The position numbers and the translations under genes are program-made. Positions 50,858 to 60,739 of a stretch of 64,000 nt of DNA are shown here, one piece after another; position 1 is the stretch's first letter, and each line of letters opens with the position of its first letter. The stretch lies in NCBI GenBank assembly GCA_964385185.1, contig CAYLOA010000003.1, positions 1-64,000 of the forward strand, in the 5' to 3' direction. Under the pieces are notes generated by a model. That model was not told the origin of the DNA. It saw only the letters and a program-made list of their open reading frames with translations, and ran no database searches. The stretch is from an uncultured Methanosarcinales archaeon. GTDB taxonomy: Archaea; Nanobdellota; Nanobdellia; Woesearchaeales; CALCXY01.

Positions 50858-52641
50858 GGTGATTCCTCCAATTGTTCTTTTTCTTTTAGATATCTTGAGA
50901 GTGCATCTTTCCAATCTGGAAGTGGATTTAATTTATTATTTATTAGTATTGAACAAGTAGGTCTTTTAGCAGGAGTAGGATATTCTTGTGTTGTGCAAGG
51001 CTCTAAAGTGATATCAGTGTTTGTTTGTGTAAAAATTTCTTTGGCAAATTCATACCAAGTGCATGAACCATCATTTGTTCTATGATAGATTCCAAAAGGT
51101 TCTTTCAGGATGTTTTTTGTTGCTTCTGCTAAATCTTTTGCATATGTAGGAGAACCTGTTTGGTCATTGATAACTTTTAGTGAGTCTTTTTCCTTAGCTA
51201 ATTTTAGCATGGTTTCTACAAAGTTTTTCCCTTGATTTCCATAGAGCCAAGAAGTTCTCAGTATATAGTAATTGTCTGTAGTTTTGATAATATTGTCTTC
51301 TCCTATAGCTTTGGTTTCTCCATAAGCATTAATTGGATCTTTAGATTGGTCTTCTGCATACCCTTTTTCTGATTGTCCATTGAATATATAGTCTGTTGAG
51401 TAATGGATGAGGGTTGCGTTGATTCCTTTACAAGCTTCTGCTATATAGAGGACTGCATCAGCATTTACTTTGTGAGCAATTTCTTTGTTTGCTTCTGCTC
51501 CATCTACATCTGTATATGCTGCAGCATTTATGACAACATCAGGTCTATTTTGTGCAATACATTCTGATATTGCTTTTTGATTGGTAATGTCTACTTCTTG
51601 AAGATCTAGTTGGATAGTTTTAGGAAATACATTGCTTAATTCTTTACCAAGCATACCTTGAGCTCCCAGAATCATAACTTTTTGTTCTTTCAACGGTTTC
51701 CACCATGATTCATTTTGAGTATACCAATCTATGGTTGCTTTGAGTGCAGACTCAAAATCATGCTTAGGTTTCCATCCTAATGCGTGAAGTTTTGCTGAAT
51801 TTAGGGCATATCTTCGATCATGACCCAGCCTATCAGTCACTTTTTGTATAAAAGAATCGTCCTTTTTCATGTGAGAAAGGATATCTTTGGTGATTTTTAG
51901 GTTAGGAAGTTCATTTCCACCACCTATATTGTATATCTCTCCAACGGTGCCTTTTTCGGCTACCGTTAATATTCCTTCACAATTATCTTCTACATAGATC
52001 CAATCTCGAATATTCATACCATCTCCGTAGAGTGGGATTTTTTTATCTTGGAGTAGATTTGTTATAAATAAAGGAATGAGTTTCTCTGGAAATTGATAGG
52101 GTCCAAAGTTATTTGATGATCTTGTAATAATAACAGGTAGTTTGTATGTTTCATAATAGGATCTTGCTAGATGATCCGATCCTGTTTTAGATGCAGAATA
52201 GGGTGAGTTTGGTTCTACTGGATCTGATTCTACAGAAGCACCTTCAGGTACTGAACCATAGACTTCGTCTGTTGAAATGTGGATGAATCTCTTAATTTTA
52301 CCCTGTTTTCTAGCACATTCTAGCATGATATGGGTACCTATAACGTTCGTTTTAGTGAAAATATAGGGGTCTTGTATAGAGTTATCCACGTGTGATTCAG
52401 CTGCAAAGTGAAATATCATGTCGATATCTTTCATTGCTTTTTGTACGGTAGCTTCATCACAGATATCACCTTCAATGAATGTGTAGTTAGGATTAGATTT
52501 TAGGTCTTTTAGGTTTTCTGGGTTTCCACAGTAGGTGAGTTTATCTAGATTTGTTACTTTGTGGTCTGGGTTTTTTTTGAGATACAATCTAATAAAATTA
52601 GAACCAATAAATCCACATCCCCCTGTTACAAGTATTTTCAT
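50854..52641 (-). CDS. rmlB-rmlD: Fused dTDP-glucose 4,6-dehydratase / dTDP-4-dehydrorhamnose reductase
   Basis: N-half: AAESHVD, STDEVYG, PYSASK, GHDRRY. C-half: GAQGMLG, AAYTDVD, STDY.F, YGETK, DQTGSPT, PAKRP. Confidence 0.93.
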   Translation of the reverse strand: MKILVTGGCGFIGSNFIRLYLKKNPDHKVTNLDKLTYCGNPENLKDLKSNPNYTFIEGDICDEATVQKAMKDIDMIFHFAAESHVDNSIQDPYIFTKTNVIGTHIMLECARKQGKIKRFIHISTDEVYGSVPEGASVESDPVEPNSPYSASKTGSDHLARSYYETYKLPVIITRSSNNFGPYQFPEKLIPLFITNLLQDKKIPLYGDGMNIRDWIYVEDNCEGILTVAEKGTVGEIYNIGGGNELPNLKITKDILSHMKKDDSFIQKVTDRLGHDRRYALNSAKLHALGWKPKHDFESALKATIDWYTQNESWWKPLKEQKVMILGAQGMLGKELSNVFPKTIQLDLQEVDITNQKAISECIAQNRPDVVINAAAYTDVDGAEANKEIAHKVNADAVLYIAEACKGINATLIHYSTDYIFNGQSEKGYAEDQSKDPINAYGETKAIGEDNIIKTTDNYYILRTSWLYGNQGKNFVETMLKLAKEKDSLKVINDQTGSPTYAKDLAEATKNILKEPFGIYHRTNDGSCTWYEFAKEIFTQTNTDITLEPCTTQEYPTPAKRPTCSILINNKLNPLPDWKDALSRYLKEKEQLEESP

Positions 52642-52670
52642 TTTAGTTTTTTTAAGTTGTTTTTTGTTGT

Positions 52671-52756
52671 ATCAGTGGACTTCTTGGTGCTCACAGAGCA
52701 CCTGCCCTTCTATTTTTCGGACCATTAGCCGAAAAATAAGGGCAACGTCCACTGAT
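52671..52756. repeat. Three-stem inverted-repeat element between rmlC and rmlB-rmlD
   Basis: ATCAGTGGAC/GTCCACTGAT closing GGTGCTC-ACA-GAGCACC and GCCCTTCTATTTTTCGG/CCGAAAAATAAGGGC. Confidence 0.85.
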
Positions 52757-52766
52757 TACTTTGATA

Positions 52767-53231
52767 CTATTCGATTGTATACTCTGAGTCTTTATCCTCA
52801 TGTCTTATTTCATCTACTTTTTCTGCTTTATTTTTTCCTGCATAGAGTTTGTCAGGATAGTTTATTGATAAGGATCCTTTTTCACTGATTGATTTATACC
52901 CATGGACTACGCCAGGGGGAACAATAACTGATACTTTATTGGAAGCTCCTACCTTGTGTACTTCTTTTTGCTTGTATGTAGGAGAATCCTTTCTATTATC
53001 CCAGAGGTATAACTCGAAGTCTCCATAGCCTACAAATACAAACAAATCTGATTGGGTATGATGTTCATGAGGTCCTCTAGAAACGTTGTATTTAGTATGA
53101 GATATATAGCTCATTGCCGGTTTGTGGGCAGATTCATCATCTCGGAATGTCTCAACAAGCCATCCTCTGTCATCATCCCACTGTTTAAGTGATTTGATTA
53201 TTACTCCTGAAAAAGCGCTATTTGTATCCAT
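52767..53231 (-). CDS. rmlC: dTDP-4-dehydrorhamnose 3,5-epimerase family
   Basis: DDRGWLVE, RGPHEH, DNRKDSPTY, VPPGVVHGY. Confidence 0.88.
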   Translation of the reverse strand: MDTNSAFSGVIIKSLKQWDDDRGWLVETFRDDESAHKPAMSYISHTKYNVSRGPHEHHTQSDLFVFVGYGDFELYLWDNRKDSPTYKQKEVHKVGASNKVSVIVPPGVVHGYKSISEKGSLSINYPDKLYAGKNKAEKVDEIRHEDKDSEYTIE

Positions 53232-53302
53232 TATATGAATGATGAATAGGAAGCTATATAAATAAGTTGTTATTACTATCGTAATAAGGGAGTATTACGC
53301 TT

Positions 53303-54109
53303 ATGGTGAAAGAAAGGATTAGTTTGAGTATTAATAAGGAGATTCTTGATAGATTAGACAGGGAAGTTGACCATATTTCTGTGGATAGTAGGAGTGCAGC
53401 AGTCGAACAGATTCTGAGTAAGTATCTTTCTGAGAAGAAGAAATGTGTCATATTAGCAGGTGGAAAGGCTGTTAATCTATATGACGATGGAGATTATCGA
53501 CCTTTATTCAAGGGGAAAAAGCATACCCTTATTGAGGATATTATAGGAAAAGTGAAGAAAGCAGGGTATGGAGACATTTTGATCGTTGGTTCTAAAGAAG
53601 TGTTGAGTGCCATCTATAAGATAGTGGGAGAGGATAGCTCTGGATGTGCTATTGAGTATGTTGAAGAGAAACAACACTTAGGAACAGCTAAAACGTTGCA
53701 GATAGTTAAGGATAAAATCAAAGGAACTTTTTTGTTTTTACCTTGTGATCATTACTTTGAATTGGACCTTAAGGATATGGAAGATTATCATAAAAAGAAT
53801 CAAGGAATGTTGACTCTTGCTATCTATAGTGGGACCAAATATGCATGGAATAAGAGTTCGATTGTTGAGCTAGAAGGTAACAAAATTAAGACGTATGAGG
53901 AGAATCCTAAAGAAAATAAAACGTTTTTAACGAGCTTGTTAATTGGAATTGCAGAGCCTGAAGTGTTCGATCAGATACCTCTGGCACAAATTACTTACAG
54001 TTTGCAAGAGGATGTTTTTCCAGAACTTGCTAAGGAAGGAAATCTTATTGGATATATTTTTTCTGGTCGATGGAAAAATGTTCATGACAAAAAAGATGTT
54101 ATTTTCTGA
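53303..54109 (+). CDS. Ribbon-helix-helix domain fused to a degenerate NTP-transferase domain
   Basis: KERISLSINKEILDRLD...SRSAAVEQIL; VILAGG, EE..LGTA, EENP, L..DVFP.LA. Confidence 0.8.
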   Translation: MVKERISLSINKEILDRLDREVDHISVDSRSAAVEQILSKYLSEKKKCVILAGGKAVNLYDDGDYRPLFKGKKHTLIEDIIGKVKKAGYGDILIVGSKEVLSAIYKIVGEDSSGCAIEYVEEKQHLGTAKTLQIVKDKIKGTFLFLPCDHYFELDLKDMEDYHKKNQGMLTLAIYSGTKYAWNKSSIVELEGNKIKTYEENPKENKTFLTSLLIGIAEPEVFDQIPLAQITYSLQEDVFPELAKEGNLIGYIFSGRWKNVHDKKDVIF

Positions 54110-54374
54110 AGTTTGAACATTTTGTTGGGAATATGCAAAATCGTTTACGTTTTTGGTGCTTTGTCGTCTAAAGTTTGGTACTTTTTGATTACTAATTGTT
54201 CCTCTCCAGTAACCATTAATTACATTTGAAATCGTAGATGTATCCTCTAAATCAACGAAACCTTTATATACGAGTAACATTAGAAAAATAATTGTGTTTA
54301 GAATAAAGTGAAGATCATACATTTAGTGGGGATCTTACTTTAGAAATCAAAATCAAAAAATGGGGTTGATACCA

Positions 54375-57299
54375 ATGGAAAAAAGAGGGTTTGTTCTATT
54401 AATTAGTTTACTATTTATTGTGAGTATGGGTGCAACGGTTTTCGCTGCGAATGAGCCCTTCGTTGATTATAACTTAGAAAATGCGACTTTGCAGAATGTT
54501 ACAAATTCTACTGGGACTCAACTTACTCGATTTGGTGGTGGATTCTTTTTGAGGAATTCAACTGTTCATAGCCCATTTATTTCTAACAATCAAACCTATC
54601 AATTGAATATTACTATTAACAATTCCGCTACAGTAGATAATAACTTTATGACTACTATCTCTAATATTACTGTTGAGCTTCCTACTGGTCTTCTATTTGG
54701 TGGTGTTGCTCTTGGAGCTCAGAACATTACTGATTTTGCAGGTCAAGAGATCCTTGATGCTAATTTTAACAATGTATATAATACTACAACATCGGTAACT
54801 TGGAATGGATCTGTATTGATGAATTCAACATCAATCACACAATCTAGTTCAGGAGCTATTATTGTCTTTAATGTTACTATCGATGATGCAACTGCTGCTG
54901 AAGGTGCTGGTGATATTATTATAAGAATATCTAATAATTCATTGGCAGATTTAAATGCTGTAACTTTTAATTACACATTATCAAGTAATGTTACACTTGA
55001 CTTTACAGCTCCAACTATTACTGCTGCAAGTACTAATAACTCACTTAATTTGATTAATGTCACTTTTAGTGAAAATATTGATGGAGGAAGTTTGAATAAT
55101 AATATGTTTAATATTACTTCAGTTCTTCTTCCTAGTGGTGTTGTTGCACAAGCAACATCTCAAGCAACTGCAGTCCAAAGTGGATTTGCGACTGATTCAA
55201 ATTCAATATTAGTAACATTGAATGAATCTTATGCTGCAAACGCAACTCCGCTTTTGAGTTTGAATTTCAGTTCACTAACTGATAGAGCTGGAAATGCTTT
55301 AGTTGTAGATCACAGTACAGGACATTCAACTGTCAATGCTACTGCTGCAGATCAGGCTATGCCTGGAATTGTTGCTGCAGGACTTGTTGCATCAGCTTCA
55401 TCATACAACCATTTCAATGGTCAACTTGTTGTTCAGTTTAACGAGACCATTGATACAAGTAGTTATGATGGTACTAATGTAACTATCCATGATAATGAAA
55501 GTATTACTACAGAGTTTGTAACTTTGAATAATACTGGAGATACTGTCAATACAGGATCAAGTTCAAATTTCCTTAATGTAACCATTGCTGCTTTAGATAT
55601 TGATAAGGTAAGTGGTTTACGGGCATCTGGACTTTTGGTAAATTTAACTACTGGAGCTATCAAAGATAATGCAGGAAATGCATATCGTGTAGATTTTGAC
55701 CCAACAGTTACTAATTTCACCATCAATTCATACACCAATGATACTGAGGGTGGAAATATTACATCCGTTTCATACAATGAAAGTACTGGAGAAATGATTA
55801 TTACTTTCAATGAAACAATGGATCCAAATCTTATTGATTTGGCAACAGTCTATGTTAGAAATGTTTCTGCACAAGGAGTAGACACTGATACAAGTATCAA
55901 TGGAGCTACAATCGATAAAGCAAACAATGATACTACTGTTACCTTAACTTTAGGAGTTCCTGCGAGAAATAATATCTCCTATATGATTAATGGAGATTCA
56001 ACACCAACTATTTATTTGGTGTACAATACTTCTGCAAATGCCAATTTCAAAGATATTGGTGGAATTGCAGCAGCTGACTTGAAGAATAACCAGACAGATC
56101 TTACTACAGTAACTCTTCAAACAACAGGTGCACAGTTGATCAGATACCCTCACATGAACACTACCTTTGGTAATGTTTTGGGTCAAAGATCTGAGCACAC
56201 AAAAGCGGATGAAGTAAATTTCTCACTTCATTTCAACGATGTGGTAGCAACAGATCCTGCAAGTTTTGGAACTGTGAAAATTATCCACGCTGGAGGAGCA
56301 GAAGATACAGCTTCTTGTACAAGCATCAATAGATCAGTTGTTAATTGTACTGTATCAATCTCTACTGGAGATGATGGAGCTGCAAATATCAGCGTATCAG
56401 GTTTGAAGATGGCAAACGGCGTAACCAGTGTTGCAACTAATGCATCAAACATTGTGTTTGTTGATACGGTATCACCAACTCTAGTGAAAGTGGCATATCA
56501 TGACCATGATTACAATGAAGCNNNNNNNNNNNNNNNNNNNNNNNNNNNNNNNNNNNNNNNNNNNNNNNNNNNNNNNNNNNNNNNNNNNNNNNNNNNNNNN
56601 NNNNNNNNNNNNNNNNNNNNNTCTTATGTAAACATCACTTTGAATGATACTGTTAACTTCACTCAAAGAGGACTATTTGACCCAGCTGCTGAGAAAGAGG
56701 GTAATATCTCTGGATTACGATTGGGAGTTGGTCAAGATATTATCAGTGATTATGCTGGAAACTTAGCTGCTACAAATGGACGACATGATATTGCGGACGG
56801 AATCGTACAGTTTACTGCTAATCAGCTGAAATATTTCAGCGTACCATTCTGTGTTGATCAGGATGATATTAGCAACCAAACAGGTACTGCAACAGGATCC
56901 ATTAAGTCCTTTAGTCAAAGTGGATTCACCACAATAACTTCAGGTCAGGTTAACCCGTTACTTGGTTATGAGGCAAATATCACACGAGACTTTAACTTGT
57001 TTGTACACACCAAGTCAAAGGCTAACTGTGCTATTGTAGCTCATTCAACATCTATTAACCAAAACTTTACATTACTTGGTGTTGATAACAGTAACAGAAC
57101 CAATGCTACAAACTTGTTTGCAAGTCTTGGAGATGGAGCTCAAGTAAATAACTTGTATCCAACTCCAAACACAATTGCTACAATTGAAACCAGTGTTGCT
57201 CAGTATAATGCAAGAACATTCGATCCGTTCACTGCTTACTGGGTATTCCCAGATTTCGATACAAGCAGCAAGAACTTCAACGGTTTGGGTATCAATTAA
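54375..57299 (+). CDS. Large, heavily N-glycosylated S-layer-like protein (spans assembly gap; true length unknown)
   Basis: Signal peptide, about 50 N-x-S/T sequons by hand count, repeated F(S/N)E.ID and D.AGN Ig-like motifs. Confidence 0.8.
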   Translation: MEKRGFVLLISLLFIVSMGATVFAANEPFVDYNLENATLQNVTNSTGTQLTRFGGGFFLRNSTVHSPFISNNQTYQLNITINNSATVDNNFMTTISNITVELPTGLLFGGVALGAQNITDFAGQEILDANFNNVYNTTTSVTWNGSVLMNSTSITQSSSGAIIVFNVTIDDATAAEGAGDIIIRISNNSLADLNAVTFNYTLSSNVTLDFTAPTITAASTNNSLNLINVTFSENIDGGSLNNNMFNITSVLLPSGVVAQATSQATAVQSGFATDSNSILVTLNESYAANATPLLSLNFSSLTDRAGNALVVDHSTGHSTVNATAADQAMPGIVAAGLVASASSYNHFNGQLVVQFNETIDTSSYDGTNVTIHDNESITTEFVTLNNTGDTVNTGSSSNFLNVTIAALDIDKVSGLRASGLLVNLTTGAIKDNAGNAYRVDFDPTVTNFTINSYTNDTEGGNITSVSYNESTGEMIITFNETMDPNLIDLATVYVRNVSAQGVDTDTSINGATIDKANNDTTVTLTLGVPARNNISYMINGDSTPTIYLVYNTSANANFKDIGGIAAADLKNNQTDLTTVTLQTTGAQLIRYPHMNTTFGNVLGQRSEHTKADEVNFSLHFNDVVATDPASFGTVKIIHAGGAEDTASCTSINRSVVNCTVSISTGDDGAANISVSGLKMANGVTSVATNASNIVFVDTVSPTLVKVAYHDHDYNEXXXXXXXXXXXXXXXXXXXXXXXXXXXXXXXXXXSYVNITLNDTVNFTQRGLFDPAAEKEGNISGLRLGVGQDIISDYAGNLAATNGRHDIADGIVQFTANQLKYFSVPFCVDQDDISNQTGTATGSIKSFSQSGFTTITSGQVNPLLGYEANITRDFNLFVHTKSKANCAIVAHSTSINQNFTLLGVDNSNRTNATNLFASLGDGAQVNNLYPTPNTIATIETSVAQYNARTFDPFTAYWVFPDFDTSSKNFNGLGIN
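56522..56621. other. Scaffold gap (100 N)
   Basis: Run of N. Confidence 1.
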
Positions 57300-57352
57300 T
57301 TAATTTTTTTATTTTATTTTTTAACTTACATTTCAAAACATAATTAGGGGGT

Positions 57353-58276
57353 ATGAAAACACAAATGCTTAGAAAACACTTTGTTTTATTATTGATGTTC
57401 TTACTGGCCATTGGTATGGTATATGGAGCAGATGAATCTGCAGTGAATTCTCACTCATTTTATGGATCAGTTACAGCAGGTGGTGTTAGTGCAGTATCTG
57501 GCGCAACTGTTTGTGTCTCTGGTGCTGGTGATGACTGTATTAGTGTCAGTCCAGTAGGTTTGTATGGAGCTGCTGAAGCTAATGCAGATAAATTAGTGGC
57601 CGTTTGTACAACAGGAGATACAATTTCATTTACTATTGCCGGTTCTGGTTGTACTGGGACAAGTACACTTACTACAACCTGTGATCCTATCTCTATTACA
57701 GATTTGACGCTTGCTTTTAGTGGTACCTGTGGTACTGCTGCAGCTTCCACTAGTGGAGGCGGCGGAGGCGGCGGAGGCGGTTCTGGTGGTGGATTTACTG
57801 GGTCTAGTATAGCATCCACAACAGATATTTCTGGAGAGGCAGGATTTTCTTCAGGTGATGCTGTAACTGCCGCTTTGAGTCAAGGAGATGTTGCAACTAT
57901 TACTATTGGTGACACTACCTACGAGATTACATTAAGCACACTTACAGACGACTTTGTTGTTATAGAGTATGATGAAGACTTTATTACTTTACAACCTGGA
58001 GAGGCTACCAGAATTGATCTCAATGGTGATGGTAAAGCAGATGTGAGTGTTCAATTAAACTCAATCGTAGGTGGAGAAGCAACTTTGAAATTTGTTAAAT
58101 TACAAGACATTTCTCCTAGAGCTGGTGATGATACAGGAACTGGTGCAGCAGATGGATCTCAAGATTCAGCTAAAGCATCTGGTGATCGAGCACCACTAAA
58201 AGGTGTTATTGTTGTAATTGCAATTGTCTTACTAGGACTTGTTGGATACTTTATCTACCTCAGAAGACCACGATAA
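57353..58276 (+). CDS. Secreted, C-terminally anchored protein with poly-Gly linker
   Basis: Signal peptide, HSFYGSV, G-rich linker, DLNGDGKAD Ca-loop-like motif, TM followed by RRPR. Confidence 0.85.
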   Translation: MKTQMLRKHFVLLLMFLLAIGMVYGADESAVNSHSFYGSVTAGGVSAVSGATVCVSGAGDDCISVSPVGLYGAAEANADKLVAVCTTGDTISFTIAGSGCTGTSTLTTTCDPISITDLTLAFSGTCGTAAASTSGGGGGGGGGSGGGFTGSSIASTTDISGEAGFSSGDAVTAALSQGDVATITIGDTTYEITLSTLTDDFVVIEYDEDFITLQPGEATRIDLNGDGKADVSVQLNSIVGGEATLKFVKLQDISPRAGDDTGTGAADGSQDSAKASGDRAPLKGVIVVIAIVLLGLVGYFIYLRRPR

Positions 58277-58376
58277 ATTCTTTTTTTACTTTTATTTTTA
58301 CTTTATTTCTAGTTTTTAATATCATTATTGCACAAACATAACACTTATATAGGAGTATGGCCGATATTTAAATACT

Positions 58377-59111
58377 ATGGCGGCTAAAGATTTTAATCGA
58401 GAGCTCAATTCTTACTTGAATACTCGTCGACAAGGGACGAGCCTTAAAGATCAATTTCTCTCTACGTTTAAACAAGATAAACCTAAAGAACCTGAGCCTG
58501 AGGTGTTCTCTGGATCTACTATTGAAGTTGTAGAGCATGAGACTGAAAGTTTTTTTGAGCGTTTGGGAAAAATGTTAGGGATGGGTAAATCTAAGAAAGT
58601 CGAGGAAATTTCTGATGATATTGATGTTGATGTGCAAGAAGTTACTGTTACAAGCAGTCCTGAGTTTGAAAAGGAAGAGAAGGAATTTGAAGGGGAAGCA
58701 AAACAAGCTAGTTTCATTGATAAAATGGTGGGATGGTTTTTCACTAAGAAGGATACTGAAGAACACACAGAGGTAGAATCTGTTGAAGTTTCTCCTGAGC
58801 AAAATTTTAGAGATGAGATTGAAGCTTTAGAACAGGATGAGGAACGATTGGAGATTCAAGAGCAAGATATTAAACGAAAGAAAGGAGAGGTCGTTAAGCA
58901 AATTCTTGATAAGTTTGTCTCTCAGGTTGAATTTAAGGAAGGGAGTTCTAAGGAAGAAGTGAAAGAAGTTGCTAAGATTACGTTAAGTGTTATCAAAAAA
59001 CTTCCTAAGGATGCATTGGTAGAGTTTAAAGATTCATATGAATTTTCACGATTTAAAGAAATTCTTAAAGATAATAATCTCGTTAAGCAGGCTGATAAAG
59101 AGGAATCCTAA
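58377..59111 (+). CDS. Hypothetical acidic cytoplasmic protein
   Basis: 244-aa ORF following TTATATA; coiled-coil-like segment. Confidence 0.8.
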   Translation: MAAKDFNRELNSYLNTRRQGTSLKDQFLSTFKQDKPKEPEPEVFSGSTIEVVEHETESFFERLGKMLGMGKSKKVEEISDDIDVDVQEVTVTSSPEFEKEEKEFEGEAKQASFIDKMVGWFFTKKDTEEHTEVESVEVSPEQNFRDEIEALEQDEERLEIQEQDIKRKKGEVVKQILDKFVSQVEFKEGSSKEEVKEVAKITLSVIKKLPKDALVEFKDSYEFSRFKEILKDNNLVKQADKEES

Positions 59112-59114
59112 TAC

Positions 59115-60707
59115 ATGTTTAGAAAGCAATTTTTGGTGTTGTTTCTTGCATTACTTTTATCTCTAAGTGTTCATGCTATTACTGTTTCTGATATTCCTAC
59201 TAAGGCCAACCTTGGTGATTTGGTTTCTATTGACGTTACAGTTGAGCAACCTGAAGATATGCAAGCATTGCTTAGTGTTATTTTGCAATGTCCTAATGTA
59301 AATTTGCCATTTTATACTAATTTTATTGAGCTCAGTGCAAACCAATCAAAAACTTCTACTGTTCCAGGGATAACGTTTATTTCTATTATGGAAGGACAAT
59401 GTTCATTTCTTGGGCAGTTAAAACGGCTAGATAATAGTGTTATTGAGGAACGAGCTACCAATAGTATGGAAGTGACGAGTACTTTACCCTTTACTGCCAG
59501 TTTTGAAGAGAAAACGTATGATCCTGGAGATAACATTAAAATTACAGGAGATTTTAGTGTGACTTACGATAATTTTGATTATGCAGAATTACAATTAAAG
59601 CTAGGTGGAACTACTGCCAAAAATATTACAAAGACTAGTTTTTCTAAGACACTACGTGTACCAGATGATGCACCAGCAGGTAGTCAGACTGCGAAATTGT
59701 CCGTTAGTGATGCGTTTGGTAACAAAGGTGTAGTTTCTCTACCTATTCAAATAACCCAGATTCCTTCGGCTGTTTTGGTGGATTTGAATAGATACTTGTA
59801 TACTCCAAATGAGACTATGCAGGCTGTTGTAAATTATGTTGATCAAGCAAATACCACAATTCCTGATCCTATTAGTGTAAAGTTGGAAGGTCCTAAACAA
59901 TTGCTGTTACGAGATGTTTTGGACGAGAAAACAGTTACAGATAACGTGTATACGTATAGATTTGGTTTACATGCAGAGCCTGGAGATTATCGTCTAACTA
60001 CAACAGCTGGAGAGATGACCACGGTAACTTATTTTAATGTGAGCGTCGTTAAGGATTTATCAGTTACTTTTGATGATTCTCGAGTTATTATTTTTAATTC
60101 AGGGAATGTTAAGTATGATGATGATATTACCATAAATATTCCTAATTCAGAGGAAGCTGTTACGAATGCTATATCATTGACACCTGGAATTCAGACGGTT
60201 ATTGACCTTTCTAAGTATGCCGTTGAATCGGGCGAACAACCGGTTAAAGTTACTTTTAGTAGAGGTGGTAGTAGTCGGAGAAGCTTAGGTGCAGGTAGTG
60301 CCACAGAAGAACAACAGAGTGAGCAAGGGGTTGGTACTACTGCAGGATCTGCTTCTGAGTCTAATTCCCAAGAATCTACCGTGTCAGATACTGTTCATAT
60401 TGAGAAGAAAGGAATATTTAGAGCCACGGGTGCTGCTGTTGCAGGTGTAGTAACAAGTCCATCTCTTTGGGCATTTTTTCTTGTAGTGGGTGCGATTGTA
60501 GGTTCATTTATTTTTATTAAGAAAAAGGGATTTGGAGGGGGTGAACCTTCTGAAGATATTGATCTTAGCAAGGTGCAACAAGCCATGGATGATCATGAGA
60601 TTACTCCTGAAGCTCGAACTGAAATTAAACGGGTTGCTGAACCTGTCATGCAGGCTGCTCCTGAACCTAAAGATGAAGATATTGTTGTAGAATTGGATGA
60701 TGATTAG
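59115..60707 (+). CDS. Hypothetical secreted Ig-like protein with C-terminal TM and acidic tail
   Basis: Signal peptide, Y.PG/PN repeats, TGAAV followed by TM. Confidence 0.8.
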   Translation: MFRKQFLVLFLALLLSLSVHAITVSDIPTKANLGDLVSIDVTVEQPEDMQALLSVILQCPNVNLPFYTNFIELSANQSKTSTVPGITFISIMEGQCSFLGQLKRLDNSVIEERATNSMEVTSTLPFTASFEEKTYDPGDNIKITGDFSVTYDNFDYAELQLKLGGTTAKNITKTSFSKTLRVPDDAPAGSQTAKLSVSDAFGNKGVVSLPIQITQIPSAVLVDLNRYLYTPNETMQAVVNYVDQANTTIPDPISVKLEGPKQLLLRDVLDEKTVTDNVYTYRFGLHAEPGDYRLTTTAGEMTTVTYFNVSVVKDLSVTFDDSRVIIFNSGNVKYDDDITINIPNSEEAVTNAISLTPGIQTVIDLSKYAVESGEQPVKVTFSRGGSSRRSLGAGSATEEQQSEQGVGTTAGSASESNSQESTVSDTVHIEKKGIFRATGAAVAGVVTSPSLWAFFLVVGAIVGSFIFIKKKGFGGGEPSEDIDLSKVQQAMDDHEITPEARTEIKRVAEPVMQAAPEPKDEDIVVELDDD

Positions 60708-60739
60708 AATATAGAAATAAAAAAATAAAATAAAAAAAT

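Noticed and set aside
54360..57299. 979-aa length of the S-layer-like ORF
   Set aside because: Frame continuity passes through a placeholder 100-N gap, so length and contiguity are unverified
57753..57793. GGC/GGA triplet run as a contingency repeat
   Set aside because: Encodes an in-frame poly-Gly linker typical of archaeal surface proteins
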